DNA from: a virus
Direction: 5' to 3' (one strand)
DNA length: 42,150 nt
Virus genome (UHGV): UHGV-0166076
Shown here: positions 27,665 to 36,586 of the stretch, one piece after another
Layout of the letters: each line of letters opens with the position of its first letter
How positions within the stretch are numbered: the stretch's first letter is position 1
Made by a program: the position numbers and the translations under genes
Notes under the pieces: generated by a model
Database searches by the model: none
What the model saw: the letters and a program-made list of their open reading frames with translations, nothing else
What the model was told of the DNA's origin: nothing

Positions 27665-28147
27665 CTACTGCAAATACCTCCGCATTAATATCCGGTTTTG
27701 ATTCGACATCGCCCTGTTGAGCCGGCAACTGGTCCTCACCCAACCCTCGTGAAACTCCATGTAATTTGCAATGTTGCCAAAGATATCCTTGACCGAAGTT
27801 TCCTGCTTCTTCGACTCAGGCAGCATATCATTGTCTTTTAAAAAGTTTTTGAACGTTTCAATACTTACATCGATTCCGCTCTCTTCGCTTATTGCTGCAT
27901 AGATGTTCTGGATCGTAAGTCCGTATTCGATCATGCACTTAATTTCTCCCTTGTACGGTTCGTATTGTTTTCTTTTATTTTCCATTTTTCTTAACCACAT
28001 CCTCTTGTTTGCTATTACCCTCTTTTTCACTTCTTTTCCAGTAATATCCTCAAGTACTCTGCAGATATGCTCATCCGTGCATCCGAGTTTTACTATCTCT
28101 TCGATCTGGAACTTGTAGGGATCCAGAAAGTGTCCTGGTCTACTCAT
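27665..28147 (-). CDS. Hypothetical protein (160 aa).
   Basis: ORF in the early region. Confidence 0.45.
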   Translation of the reverse strand: MSRPGHFLDPYKFQIEEIVKLGCTDEHICRVLEDITGKEVKKRVIANKRMWLRKMENKRKQYEPYKGEIKCMIEYGLTIQNIYAAISEESGIDVSIETFKNFLKDNDMLPESKKQETSVKDIFGNIANYMEFHEGWVRTSCRLNRAMSNQNRILMRRYLQ

Positions 28148-28281
28148 TTCCCTCTCACCCTATTCTTTCTCTTCCGCTTTGTGCTGCCGCGCGTAAACGC
28201 ATCCATATTTCCGTGTCTCAATCCGGTAGACTGTTTCCTATAGACTCTAAAACCGTATCTTTTTCTGTTCATGTTTGCCTC

Positions 28282-29013
28282 CTAACTGAAACTTACTTCC
28301 GGCTCTTCCTCTGGACATATTTCTCCACCTGCTTCCATTTCGTTTATGATGATTTTCGTTCCCGCTCTTTGTAATCTCAGCAACAGCATGTCAAATTCCC
28401 CAAGGTATCTCAACGACTTAATGTCTACACATCCCAAACTGTCAAGTGTATACTCTTTCTCAAAATCCCATTTCGATATCGGAATTTCCATATTCAACTC
28501 TTCATCGTGTTCGTTTTCGAAAATGATTACCGCCCTATGCAGGGAGCTCCAAGTAGATCTTTCACACTCTTCTATTAGCATCTCGCAACTGACCGATTCG
28601 TAGTGTGGTCCATCGTCAAACTCCACTTCCAGACCAGTTGTACTGATCTTCTTTTCGCACATTGCAATCCATGCATCAAACAGATCCGTGACTTCCATTT
28701 CTTTTTCTTCCTGCTTGATTGATAATTCCTTAAAATTTTCTAGAATCTTTTTATTCTCAATGCAAGCATCGGAATTTACGATTTCTGTAAGCACCGTATC
28801 CAACTTTGGAAGGTATTCCGAAAAATCATACTTCTCTATGTACGGCACCATGACATCGTTTATCTTTTTCTTCAGTGCCTTTTCCGCATCTCCCCATCTA
28901 AACGCTGATCCTATTGCCGATTCTATCGATTCCTTAAATTTCTTTTTGAGTATTTCCTTTACTTCTTCCTCGGAGAGACACTCCTGTGCCATTTTTAATA
29001 ATTCTTCTTTCAT
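28282..29013 (-). CDS. Hypothetical highly acidic protein (243 aa).
   Basis: Strongly Glu/Asp-rich. Sits directly downstream of the replisome organizer. Confidence 0.45.
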   Translation of the reverse strand: MKEELLKMAQECLSEEEVKEILKKKFKESIESAIGSAFRWGDAEKALKKKINDVMVPYIEKYDFSEYLPKLDTVLTEIVNSDACIENKKILENFKELSIKQEEKEMEVTDLFDAWIAMCEKKISTTGLEVEFDDGPHYESVSCEMLIEECERSTWSSLHRAVIIFENEHDEELNMEIPISKWDFEKEYTLDSLGCVDIKSLRYLGEFDMLLLRLQRAGTKIIINEMEAGGEICPEEEPEVSFS

Positions 29014-29024
29014 TTTGTTCCTCC

Positions 29025-29894
29025 TTAATTCGAATTCAACAGCTGCTCTTCCAGAGAGTCCATGTCGTATTCTCTGCGCTCAAAGTTGTTTAGATTTCTG
29101 CTTACTGGCGGTTTTGCTGGCATTTTTTCCGTCTGCTCTTGGTTAAGATAAACATCGAAATTACTGCCGAACAGGGTTTTTGGTCTTAGATATATCCTCA
29201 TATCCTTAATGCCGCGCTGTAATTCCTCTTTTGTCGGCTTTCTGCCCCACTCATGGTATTTTTTATCAATCACCGTCTTAAAGTCATCCAGAGTGTATCC
29301 TTCATTGAATCTGGCTTTTATTTCCTTCTGGTTACTCTTAACATCCCACCTTAGTTTCTTGCCTGTCTTTTCATTCAGGTAAGTTATGATCTCTTTGTAC
29401 GGGACATATATATTATTATCTTTTTCTTTATCTTCTTCTTTATCTATATCTGAAACAGCGACGTCAGACGTTCTTTCAGACGACTTGTCAGACGATTTTT
29501 CGATCAAAGCTCTTTGTTTGGCTCTTCTTTCCTCTTGGTACAGCCTGTCACGCTCTTTTTTCCGTTCATAAGCATCCAATGTCTGGTGCTTATTCCAGTT
29601 CGGGATCGTGATTATTCCCTCCACTATCTCAATCATTTTAAATTGCTCAAACGCATTCAAAGCCAACTTTACAGTGGATTCATTCATTCTAAAGATTGTT
29701 GCCAGCATCTTGTCTGTGTAGGGAATCTTGTCATTCATCAGGAATACACCACCGTTATTCTTTTTCCCGGCAAGACATAGCAACTTGAACCAGACTGTTA
29801 TAATTGCATAAGCATCCGGTAAACTCTCTATCAGCAATATCTTTTCATCATCAAAGATATCCGTTGCTATCTTGATCCATTTCACCTCTGCCAT
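29025..29894 (-). CDS. Phage replisome organizer (N-terminal DnaD-like domain plus the conserved phage C-terminus).
   Basis: MAEVKWIKIATDIFDDEKILLIESLPDAYAIITVWFKLLCLAGK... and C-terminal YKEIITYLNEKTGKKLRWDVKSNQKEIKARFNEGYTLDDFKTVIDKKYHEW...YLRPKTLFGSNFDVYLNQ. Confidence 0.8.
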   Translation of the reverse strand: MAEVKWIKIATDIFDDEKILLIESLPDAYAIITVWFKLLCLAGKKNNGGVFLMNDKIPYTDKMLATIFRMNESTVKLALNAFEQFKMIEIVEGIITIPNWNKHQTLDAYERKKERDRLYQEERRAKQRALIEKSSDKSSERTSDVAVSDIDKEEDKEKDNNIYVPYKEIITYLNEKTGKKLRWDVKSNQKEIKARFNEGYTLDDFKTVIDKKYHEWGRKPTKEELQRGIKDMRIYLRPKTLFGSNFDVYLNQEQTEKMPAKPPVSRNLNNFERREYDMDSLEEQLLNSN

Positions 29895-30304
29895 TACTCA
29901 TCCTCCGCAATATAGACCACCACGCAAGGTGTATCCGAGTACACTTTTTCAATCTCCAGACTGGTTACCTGCTTATCATCCGTATATGCGACTCCATTCA
30001 GGCCATCCAGAATGATTTTTGCAATGTTGTCTAAGTCAGGCTTCTTATTCGGCTTCATTTCTCCTTTTAAAGCCCTATCCTTATTCTTCTTAGACCAGCT
30101 CTCTGGAATCGGAAATTTCGCTAAAATTCGAACTCTCAGAGGGATGTCCGTGTAAAGCACGCCTATACTCTGCTTGTAAATCCTTGCAACTTCCTTTTCG
30201 TATTTTTTGCTTTCGTCTGGCGTATATGTAATGACTTTAAATCCGGCTCTGCGGAATCTCGGTCTTGCTTTTCCAACCGGTTTGCCCGGAATTGTAATTA
30301 CCAT
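29894..30304 (-). CDS. rusA: RusA-family Holliday-junction resolvase.
   Basis: 136 aa with GKPVGKARPRF... and DLDNIAKIILDGLNGVAYTDDKQV. Confidence 0.85.
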   Translation of the reverse strand: MVITIPGKPVGKARPRFRRAGFKVITYTPDESKKYEKEVARIYKQSIGVLYTDIPLRVRILAKFPIPESWSKKNKDRALKGEMKPNKKPDLDNIAKIILDGLNGVAYTDDKQVTSLEIEKVYSDTPCVVVYIAEDE

Positions 30305-30417
30305 TTATTCTCCTTTCTGCTCCCGGAATTACCGGGAGACAATGAATCTGGCTTACTTAAGGTATTTGTGACGTACTGTGCAGCAGCCATGAACGGGTTA
30401 CAATTTATAGCGAAAGG

Positions 30418-30798
30418 TTACCCTTTGCTAACATAGTGAAATTCTTGTCGGAACTGCTCTTCTGTTCCGTAGTGCTGCAAATAATACTCTTTGCAGCGTT
30501 TTCTTAAGTATCGGTCAACTTTTGATGCATTCTCCCCTGCCCTTGTTCCGTTTGGATGCAGGTCTGGTCTCAATGGAGCGATAAAACCATAATCCTCCGA
30601 AAGTTCAATTTCTTTCGATGTGTGACTAAAAACATGATGCCTCTCCACTCCGTAAACTCCGGTGTACATGCAGTGATCCATATCCTCTGTGAATATGCTC
30701 CACAGCTTCTTTGGTCTGCCGGACGTCCTCTGATGACCTTTTTTCTTTTTCTTGCGCTTCGGCTTAGGGAATGCCATGTTACTGTAATCAATGCTCAC
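30418..30798 (-). CDS. Hypothetical basic protein with an N-terminal KPKRKKKKKG tract.
   Basis: 126 aa. No clear family match. Confidence 0.4.
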   Translation of the reverse strand: MSIDYSNMAFPKPKRKKKKKGHQRTSGRPKKLWSIFTEDMDHCMYTGVYGVERHHVFSHTSKEIELSEDYGFIAPLRPDLHPNGTRAGENASKVDRYLRKRCKEYYLQHYGTEEQFRQEFHYVSKG

Positions 30799-31346
30799 AG
30801 TTCAATCCCCCATTTTTGTCTAAGCTCTTCTTTTTCATCTGGGGTCAAAAGGTCTGCATCTGGTATTCCAACCTCTCTGCAATCTTCCAACACGCCTTTG
30901 ATGAGTCTGCTCATTTCTTTTGTGTTATACTTGCTTGACCCTTTGTAGCATTGCAGAGTGTGTAATGTTTCAGTTCTCCCTTTTAGGTCTTTTACTTCCT
31001 GTGCTCCACGATCTATCACAATCCGGAACACTGACTGTGCCAGATAGATGTCTTTTTCCCGGAGCGGTATATACTCGAAAGCGCCGTGGGATTTTAATTC
31101 ATTTAGGTACGCTTGCCATCTGGTAATATTCAGCTTGTCTGCTAATTTATCGAGTAACACCCACAAGTAAGAGTTTGCGTCAAGGCTTCTCTTTGCTCTG
31201 TACGGCTTTATTTCAAGCGTTAATTTCTCATAATCTTTCAGTTCATCGTAGGCTTGTCGGAAGTCCTCTATAGGCTCGAATAGAATGGTCAGCTTTCCAC
31301 TGTGATAATCTGCGACAGGTTCTTTCAATCTTCCTGTAAACCTCAT
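30795..31346 (-). CDS. NinB/Orf-like recombination mediator.
   Basis: RSLDANSYLWVLLDKLADKL resembles lambda NinB RSLDQNRKLWACLGDVS. Adjacent to the Rad52-family annealing protein. Confidence 0.55.
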   Translation of the reverse strand: MRFTGRLKEPVADYHSGKLTILFEPIEDFRQAYDELKDYEKLTLEIKPYRAKRSLDANSYLWVLLDKLADKLNITRWQAYLNELKSHGAFEYIPLREKDIYLAQSVFRIVIDRGAQEVKDLKGRTETLHTLQCYKGSSKYNTKEMSRLIKGVLEDCREVGIPDADLLTPDEKEELRQKWGIEL

Positions 31347-32062
31347 TATTCTTCTCCCATATTTCTCATAAGCTTTTTAAATTGCTCCACTGTCAGTTCT
31401 CGCAAGCCAGACACCTTATAAGCCCGACACACATTCGCTATTGTCTGCTTATGCTTAGGAATGCAAATTTCCAGTGTTTTTACCTGTGATTCGGTCACAT
31501 AGTTTTTGGGAGGTTCTTCTTGATTAGCAGGATTATAATTTCCGGCATTTCTACCAAGCGAAAATACTACTTTTCCGGTTTTCTCATTTTCGATTTTCAG
31601 TGCATCTATGTTTCTTTCTTTGTCATAACCAACATAACTTACTCGGAAACGATCATAACAAGTGCTTCCATTACCATTCTGTTTCGCGGAAATTTCGCAT
31701 TTATCGGATGAGATCCAAATAAACGGAGCGGTATATAACTCTCTTCCGATTCCCCAATTAAAGCAAGCTCTCTTAAAGCTGTCGGATGCAAGGCCTTTCT
31801 GTTTTTCAGTAAAGCTTTCCGTTCCTGTATCTTCTTTGGAAACCCAGATACCTTTATCATCATCCCATATACTCACGGTGCAGTTTGCGTTGTCTCTGCT
31901 ATGTTCTCTTTTCCAATTTAGCTTTCCAACAGTTTCATCCAAGATATTCATATCGCACCTTGCATCTTTGTATAGTAATAGTGATATCCCATTACTCTTC
32001 ACCGTTGCGATACGACATTCAATCTCGTTCGCTTTTAATGTTCTGAACTCCATATTTCTCAC
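31346..32062 (-). CDS. Rad52/Sak-family single-strand annealing protein.
   Basis: LLLYKDARCDMNILDETVGKLNWKREH...SDSFKRACFNWGIGRELY, the Rad52/22 signature. Confidence 0.8.
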   Translation of the reverse strand: MRNMEFRTLKANEIECRIATVKSNGISLLLYKDARCDMNILDETVGKLNWKREHSRDNANCTVSIWDDDKGIWVSKEDTGTESFTEKQKGLASDSFKRACFNWGIGRELYTAPFIWISSDKCEISAKQNGNGSTCYDRFRVSYVGYDKERNIDALKIENEKTGKVVFSLGRNAGNYNPANQEEPPKNYVTESQVKTLEICIPKHKQTIANVCRAYKVSGLRELTVEQFKKLMRNMGEE

Positions 32063-32527
32063 CTACCGAATCTGAATATTATTGTTCTGTACCAATACAA
32101 CTCCAGATAACTCAACACCATCTTTCAGTGCCTTTTTCACCTTTGTTTTATCAACCTCAGGATCAGCAAATTTCAAGTATTCCTTGTCCAGTTTTGAAAC
32201 ATCTTGCACCTCTACACTCTCTGATTTTCGATAAGAGATGCTGACTCTTGCTGTTTTAAATTTTTCACCACACAAATAACCAGACAGGTATTCTTTTAGA
32301 TTTCTTGCCTTGTTTTCACATGATTTCTGGCGGTCAGCCAGTTTATTTTTTTCTGCCTTGATTGCTTCTGCATCAGATAAGAGGTTTTTGATCCAGAGAG
32401 CAATTCCCTCTACCTTTTTGTCAAAATCCATCTGTAGCTGTGCCAGCTTTTCCGGGTCGATAATCTCTCCTGTTTCCTGATCTACACAATTCAAAATCTC
32501 TTCATCAATCTCGTATAATGTTGCCAT
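32063..32527 (-). CDS. Sipho_Gp157-family protein.
   Basis: MATLYEIDEEIL ... TARVSISYRKSESVEVQD. TGGAGGA RBS. Confidence 0.7.
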   Translation of the reverse strand: MATLYEIDEEILNCVDQETGEIIDPEKLAQLQMDFDKKVEGIALWIKNLLSDAEAIKAEKNKLADRQKSCENKARNLKEYLSGYLCGEKFKTARVSISYRKSESVEVQDVSKLDKEYLKFADPEVDKTKVKKALKDGVELSGVVLVQNNNIQIR

Positions 32528-32652
32528 TTGTTATTTCCTCCATAAAATCACAATAATTCTGATAGTGCCTTTTGCGCACCCTAAAATATCTGTCTTTTTC
32601 AGCCGCTTCTTGATCTGTTATTTCTTCCAGTTCTTCCGCATATTCGTACATA

Positions 32653-32916
32653 TTATTTGCCCACCATATCTACTGCTTTTTCCAGCAATACTTTTGCCAA
32701 AACGATTGCATCATCTAGTTGCTTATCTGTTGCAATCCCGTCAAACAGATCGTAATCTCCATCAGCAACAAATCCGTTTTCTTGCGCGCAGAGAAGTATT
32801 CTGCCACCGTAGTTCGAAAATTCAATGCTTACATAAGGGTACCCATCCTTACCTTCTCCACGCTCTTGAATCCCAAGAATTAAGTCTAAAAGTTCATGTA
32901 TTTTATTTCTATCCAT
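32653..32916 (-). CDS. Hypothetical protein (87 aa).
   Basis: ORF in the early region. Confidence 0.4.
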   Translation of the reverse strand: MDRNKIHELLDLILGIQERGEGKDGYPYVSIEFSNYGGRILLCAQENGFVADGDYDLFDGIATDKQLDDAIVLAKVLLEKAVDMVGK

Positions 32917-33003
32917 TGCTTATCCTCCTAAAATCTGTTAATATAGAATCGTATTTTTTCCTGAGTACCTACGGCTCCCCAGCCTTTTTGTAGGTGCTCA
33001 TTT

Positions 33004-33189
33004 TTAATACCCAAATATCAACCACCATCCGATCAACGCCAGCACGAACCCGATCACAGATGCTGCAATCTTATGCCAGTAAGGCTTGTCCTTTTCCGGC
33101 AATTCAACAGATACGGAGCGGATATCCCAGCTGTTTAAAGTGTTTGGATGTTGAGTGGTGTCGCAGCGGTATGTTCCTTTAATGGTCAC
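33004..33189 (-). CDS. Small membrane protein (GTG start).
   Basis: AAGGAGGTGGAGAC then GTG. C-terminal TM AASVIGFVLALIGWWLIFGY. Confidence 0.5.
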   Translation of the reverse strand: MTIKGTYRCDTTQHPNTLNSWDIRSVSVELPEKDKPYWHKIAASVIGFVLALIGWWLIFGY

Positions 33190-33365
33190 GTCTCCACCTC
33201 CTTTAGTTTTACAGATTTCTTATGTTGGATTTCCAGTTCCATTCTGTAATTTTCCAAACAGGCGATTGCGTGTAACTTTTGCTCCTCAGAATACCCACTA
33301 ACCCTTTCTGTGGATTCCAGAGCCTGGATGAATTTCTCAATCTGATTGATTGTCAGCCTTTTCAT
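33186..33365 (-). CDS. Small hypothetical protein (59 aa).
   Basis: Not in the ORF track because it is under 60 aa. GAAAGGAGG RBS then ATG at 33365. Translation: MKRLTINQIEKFIQALESTERVSGYSEEQKLHAIACLENYRMELEIQHKKSVKLKEVET. Its stop overlaps the next GTG start. Confidence 0.45.
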   Translation of the reverse strand: MKRLTINQIEKFIQALESTERVSGYSEEQKLHAIACLENYRMELEIQHKKSVKLKEVET

Positions 33366-33505
33366 AGCTTGTCCTCCTTTCTACCGCCTAAGCGGTTTTC
33401 TCTTCTGTCCTCTTTTCGAGTGTGTAATCAATTTTCACATGTTCCTGTTCTTCGATCAGAGATATCAACACTTGTATGATTTTTTCCATATCTGGTTTCA
33501 TGTCA

Positions 33506-33697
33506 TCACCTATCTTCCTCATAGTTTCTTGCGGTCAGAGCTTTCCGGTTTAATTTTTCCGCAAGTAATTCTGCGTCCGGCAAGTCTTTTACTTCCACTT
33601 CTTTTCCGTTGATTACTACAATGTTCTTTATAGTCACTTGCACCACCTCTCTAATATGTATGACGGATGGTTTGTCCGAGATATGTTGTCCATTCAA
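33506..33697 (-). CDS. Hypothetical small protein.
   Basis: 63-aa ORF. Confidence 0.35.
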   Translation of the reverse strand: MNGQHISDKPSVIHIREVVQVTIKNIVVINGKEVEVKDLPDAELLAEKLNRKALTARNYEEDR

Positions 33698-33699
33698 TC

Positions 33700-33885
33700 C
33701 TATTTACGCTTCGTTCCAAACCTATCAATTATCATGTCTGTCACATCGGTAACAAAGTCCATGTTGACATCAAGTAAATGATCAACAGCCTTTTGGATAA
33801 TACTCATAGACTCCCGTGTCACTACAAGACTTGTAACGATTGATGTTATGATCGAGCAGATGATGCTTACTATTACAATTTCCAT
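33700..33885 (-). CDS. Small membrane protein.
   Basis: N-terminal TM MEIVIVSIICSIITSIVTSLVV. Confidence 0.4.
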   Translation of the reverse strand: MEIVIVSIICSIITSIVTSLVVTRESMSIIQKAVDHLLDVNMDFVTDVTDMIIDRFGTKRK

Positions 33886-33899
33886 GTCAATCCTCCCTG

Positions 33900-34661
33900 C
33901 TACGCCACTCCGTATTTAATAGCCAACTCTTTTACGATAGCCGTATATCCCTCAATCAGTTTCTTATCATCAGCGATCACATCCAGATAATTCAATTTGT
34001 CTCTTCTGGATTTGCAAACACCCTCATCTGCCATTCTTCTACGCTTGTTTGTGAGTCTCTGCTTTACATTCACTCCCATACGTTTTTCTAACAACTGATA
34101 GGATTCTGCCCTTACATCTTGATAAGACTTGCTGTCTCCGCACTCCATACCAATTTTTCTCAAGATTCTTCCGGTATCTTCTCTCCATGATGTTGTATCG
34201 ATTGCAACAACCTCACGGATGCTTTCAATCCGTTCTTCCACGTGCTCAAGCTTCTCTGCCTGACGCTTCTGCTCAATTTCCAAGTTAATCATGACCTGCA
34301 ACTGCGGTGAGAGTTCTTGTGTGGCAAGAGATGCCGCTTTGTATTTCTTTTCTACCTGGATGAAATATCTGCGTACTTGTTTTCCTTTTTCATTCCGCTC
34401 AAGCATTGCCATTTCTTTGGCAGCATCCAGTTTGATGATATGGTCTTTTTTAGTCTGACCGGAAGGTGTAGAAATTTCTACGCCTTGAAAATCTTCATTT
34501 TCTATAGCATCAATGTCTGATAATCTGCGTTTCGCCCATTCGCGGTAAACACTTGGTGCTCCCAGAACTTCATGCAGTTCTGAGCCATATACTACTTTTT
34601 CTCCTGTGCTTGTCTCGTATACTGGGACAAGTTCGTTCTCAATTACTGTTAAATTGTTCAT
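33900..34661 (-). CDS. Antirepressor-like protein (ORF6N/AntA-type N-domain plus ORF6C-like C-domain).
   Basis: 253 aa. N-domain: ELHEVLGAPSVYREWAKRRLSDIDAIENEDFQG. C-terminal half is coiled-coil rich. Confidence 0.55.
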   Translation of the reverse strand: MNNLTVIENELVPVYETSTGEKVVYGSELHEVLGAPSVYREWAKRRLSDIDAIENEDFQGVEISTPSGQTKKDHIIKLDAAKEMAMLERNEKGKQVRRYFIQVEKKYKAASLATQELSPQLQVMINLEIEQKRQAEKLEHVEERIESIREVVAIDTTSWREDTGRILRKIGMECGDSKSYQDVRAESYQLLEKRMGVNVKQRLTNKRRRMADEGVCKSRRDKLNYLDVIADDKKLIEGYTAIVKELAIKYGVA

Positions 34662-34672
34662 TATTCCTCCTA

Positions 34673-34818
34673 TATATTGTGATTTTCTTGATTTTTATAC
34701 AAAAAGTGGTATAATATCAAGGTTGTACTATTCACTAAATATTGTGCGAAAACATATGTTTCGTACTTTATATTGTGTTTTTCGTGATTTTTATTTGACT
34801 TTCCATATATTGTGTTGT
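34673..34818. repeat. Iteron-like direct repeats in an intergenic region.
   Basis: Four copies of the motif TATATTGTG. Two ~27-bp imperfect direct repeats: TATATTGTGATTTTCTTGATTTTTATA (34673..34699) and TATATTGTGTTTTTCGTGATTTTTATT (34770..34796). An extended -10 TGGTATAAT lies at 34698..34706. Confidence 0.55.
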
Positions 34819-34867
34819 ACCATCTTACTAGAGGTATCTCATTTTTAATAAGAAAGGTGGTGAATAT

Positions 34868-35002
34868 ATGGCAAAAGGAAAATCATGCAAGCCATCTGCT
34901 AAAGTCAGCAAAGCTGGAAAAACTCTTTCCACAAGCAAATCAGCTTCCGCAAAATCTAAAGCAGGAACAATCCTTGCAAACCATAAAAGTACAAGCCATT
35001 AG
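34868..35002 (+). CDS. Small Lys/Ser/Ala-rich basic protein (44 aa) on the plus strand, moron-like.
   Basis: AAAGGTGGTGA RBS 5 nt before the ATG. Translation: MAKGKSCKPSAKVSKAGKTLSTSKSASAKSKAGTILANHKSTSH. Followed immediately by a perfect terminator. Confidence 0.4.
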   Translation: MAKGKSCKPSAKVSKAGKTLSTSKSASAKSKAGTILANHKSTSH

Positions 35003-35008
35003 TCTTTT

Positions 35009-35034
35009 GTCCTGAGTTTATACTCAGGACTTTT
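35009..35034 (+). terminator. Rho-independent terminator.
   Basis: Perfect 9-bp stem GTCCTGAGT / ACTCAGGAC, loop TTAT, then TTTT. Confidence 0.7.
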
Positions 35035-35193
35035 AAATTGTCCTGAATAGCATTTTTGCCATTTCAGTCATTGCTATAAGCTCTTCTGGTGTTGGGTTAT
35101 CCTTGTTCGCAGTGCGAATAACGAACTTCGATAAATCTTCTACCATTTCTTCATACAAACTTTTTTGACTTTTCTTAGACATCTTTTTCTCCT

Positions 35194-35406
35194 TTACAAT
35201 TTCTTCGGTTTAATAAACTTGTCCGTATTCACTTCCAGTGCTCCGCAGATCAACTCATATTCTTCAAAAGTAAACCGTCTCTTGCCATTCAGCGAACTAC
35301 AGATCTTATGTTTCGGTATCCCTGTTTTTTGTGATAAAAAAATCTGTTTGATACCTCTTTCTGTCAGGTAATCATTGATTGCTCTTCCGAGCCATTCATC
35401 TGCCAT
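35194..35406 (-). CDS. XRE-family HTH transcriptional regulator (70 aa).
   Basis: Helix-turn-helix QIFLSQKTGIPKHKICSSLNGKR. Confidence 0.55.
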   Translation of the reverse strand: MADEWLGRAINDYLTERGIKQIFLSQKTGIPKHKICSSLNGKRRFTFEEYELICGALEVNTDKFIKPKKL

Positions 35407-35456
35407 AAATTCCTCCTACTCCAAAAAATACTCAACTGATACGTTGAAGTAATCTG

Positions 35457-36116
35457 CTACGCCACAGATTCCAGATATGCAAGATCCTTCACTGTTTCCA
35501 ATCTCTTCTTACAATCCTGATAAATCTCTTTGTAATGTTTTCCAGTCAGTATTCCAGTATCGATCACATGGAGAATGATGTTTTCCATCAGCGAAAGATT
35601 GTTCAGTTGCATAACTGTTGCTTCATCACGCTTTCCAATTCCAGCCATCTTATTTGCAAGTTTTGAATAGGTCATGTAAAGCATCTCTGCGTGTGTGCTC
35701 CCCTGCCCTTTTGCGTATTCCACTAATTTCTGAATGGTGTCCGTCTCTGCTCTTCTGGTCAGTTTTCCGGCTTTTCTTGTTTCTACCCATGTCTGCGTTG
35801 CTTTTTCTTTGATGAGTGCTTCCATCTGATCGAAAGCATCACTATACATTAGCTTCCAATGCACTGCATCTTTCCCATTAAACCCCATTACCAAAATCGT
35901 AAATCCTTTGCGATTCATAATGTATTTCTCGTAAGTCCTACCTTTTGCATCTTTATGATGGGAAATACGGAAAATTTTCCGGTTTTCAATCTCCTCATTT
36001 TTGAGGAGATTAGAAATTGCTCGCATCACATTATCGTGCCGTTTTCCAAACTTCTCAGCCACCTGCAAACTGTCACACACTGCTTCATCATTTTTTAAAT
36101 ATACGAGTTCTGTCAT
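35457..36116 (-). CDS. Rha-family phage regulatory protein.
   Basis: N-terminus LVYLKNDEAVCDSLQVAEKFGKRHDNVMRAI, typical of Rha. Confidence 0.7.
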   Translation of the reverse strand: MTELVYLKNDEAVCDSLQVAEKFGKRHDNVMRAISNLLKNEEIENRKIFRISHHKDAKGRTYEKYIMNRKGFTILVMGFNGKDAVHWKLMYSDAFDQMEALIKEKATQTWVETRKAGKLTRRAETDTIQKLVEYAKGQGSTHAEMLYMTYSKLANKMAGIGKRDEATVMQLNNLSLMENIILHVIDTGILTGKHYKEIYQDCKKRLETVKDLAYLESVA

Positions 36117-36355
36117 TATTTCTCCTGCTCCTGATCCATCTCCTTTTCCATCAACTCCAGCTGTTCCATCGTTACTCCGTCACGGATTAACTGCTTTCCT
36201 CTCTTCTCATGCCATCTGAGTTGATACAGATACTGTCTCCTCTTATATTTAATGCGCTGTTCCTGTCTGGAAAGCTGTACGGCATCGGATTGATTTAATC
36301 TTTCGATCTCCTGTTCTACTTGTTCGTCTGTTAAAAAATCTTTTCTTGGTTTCAT
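36116..36355 (-). CDS. Hypothetical coiled-coil protein (79 aa).
   Basis: ORF between cro and rha. Confidence 0.4.
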   Translation of the reverse strand: MKPRKDFLTDEQVEQEIERLNQSDAVQLSRQEQRIKYKRRQYLYQLRWHEKRGKQLIRDGVTMEQLELMEKEMDQEQEK

Positions 36356-36367
36356 TTGCCTATCCTC

Positions 36368-36568
36368 CTATCCTAATAATTCGTCAATGGTACATCCTAG
36401 CACCTTTGCTACTTTAGATAAGCTTCTTACTGTAGGACTAACTGTATTCCACTTATAAATGCTTCCAGTGGAAACACCAGCACGACTTTCTAATAAGTTG
36501 ATGGAAATACCTTTTTCCACAGCTTTCTTAGATACCTTGTCAAAAATATTATTTTCCGTATCAATCAC
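36368..36568 (-). CDS. Cro-like XRE-family HTH regulator.
   Basis: 66 aa with HTH LLESRAGVSTGSIYKWN. First gene of the leftward early operon, facing the operator region. Confidence 0.6.
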   Translation of the reverse strand: MIDTENNIFDKVSKKAVEKGISINLLESRAGVSTGSIYKWNTVSPTVRSLSKVAKVLGCTIDELLG

Positions 36569-36586
36569 TCCTTTTCTTTTTGTTGA

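Noticed and set aside
34812-35015. Alternative 67-aa plus-strand frame overlapping the 44-aa mini-gene.
   Set aside because: It starts at GTG with no RBS. The 44-aa frame has an ideal RBS and ATG. Neither frame is proven.
35032-35181. Apparent minus-strand small ORF with AAAGGAG RBS downstream of the HTH gene.
   Set aside because: Careful re-translation gives a stop after 13 codons (MSKKSQKVCMKKW*). My first reading had inserted a base.
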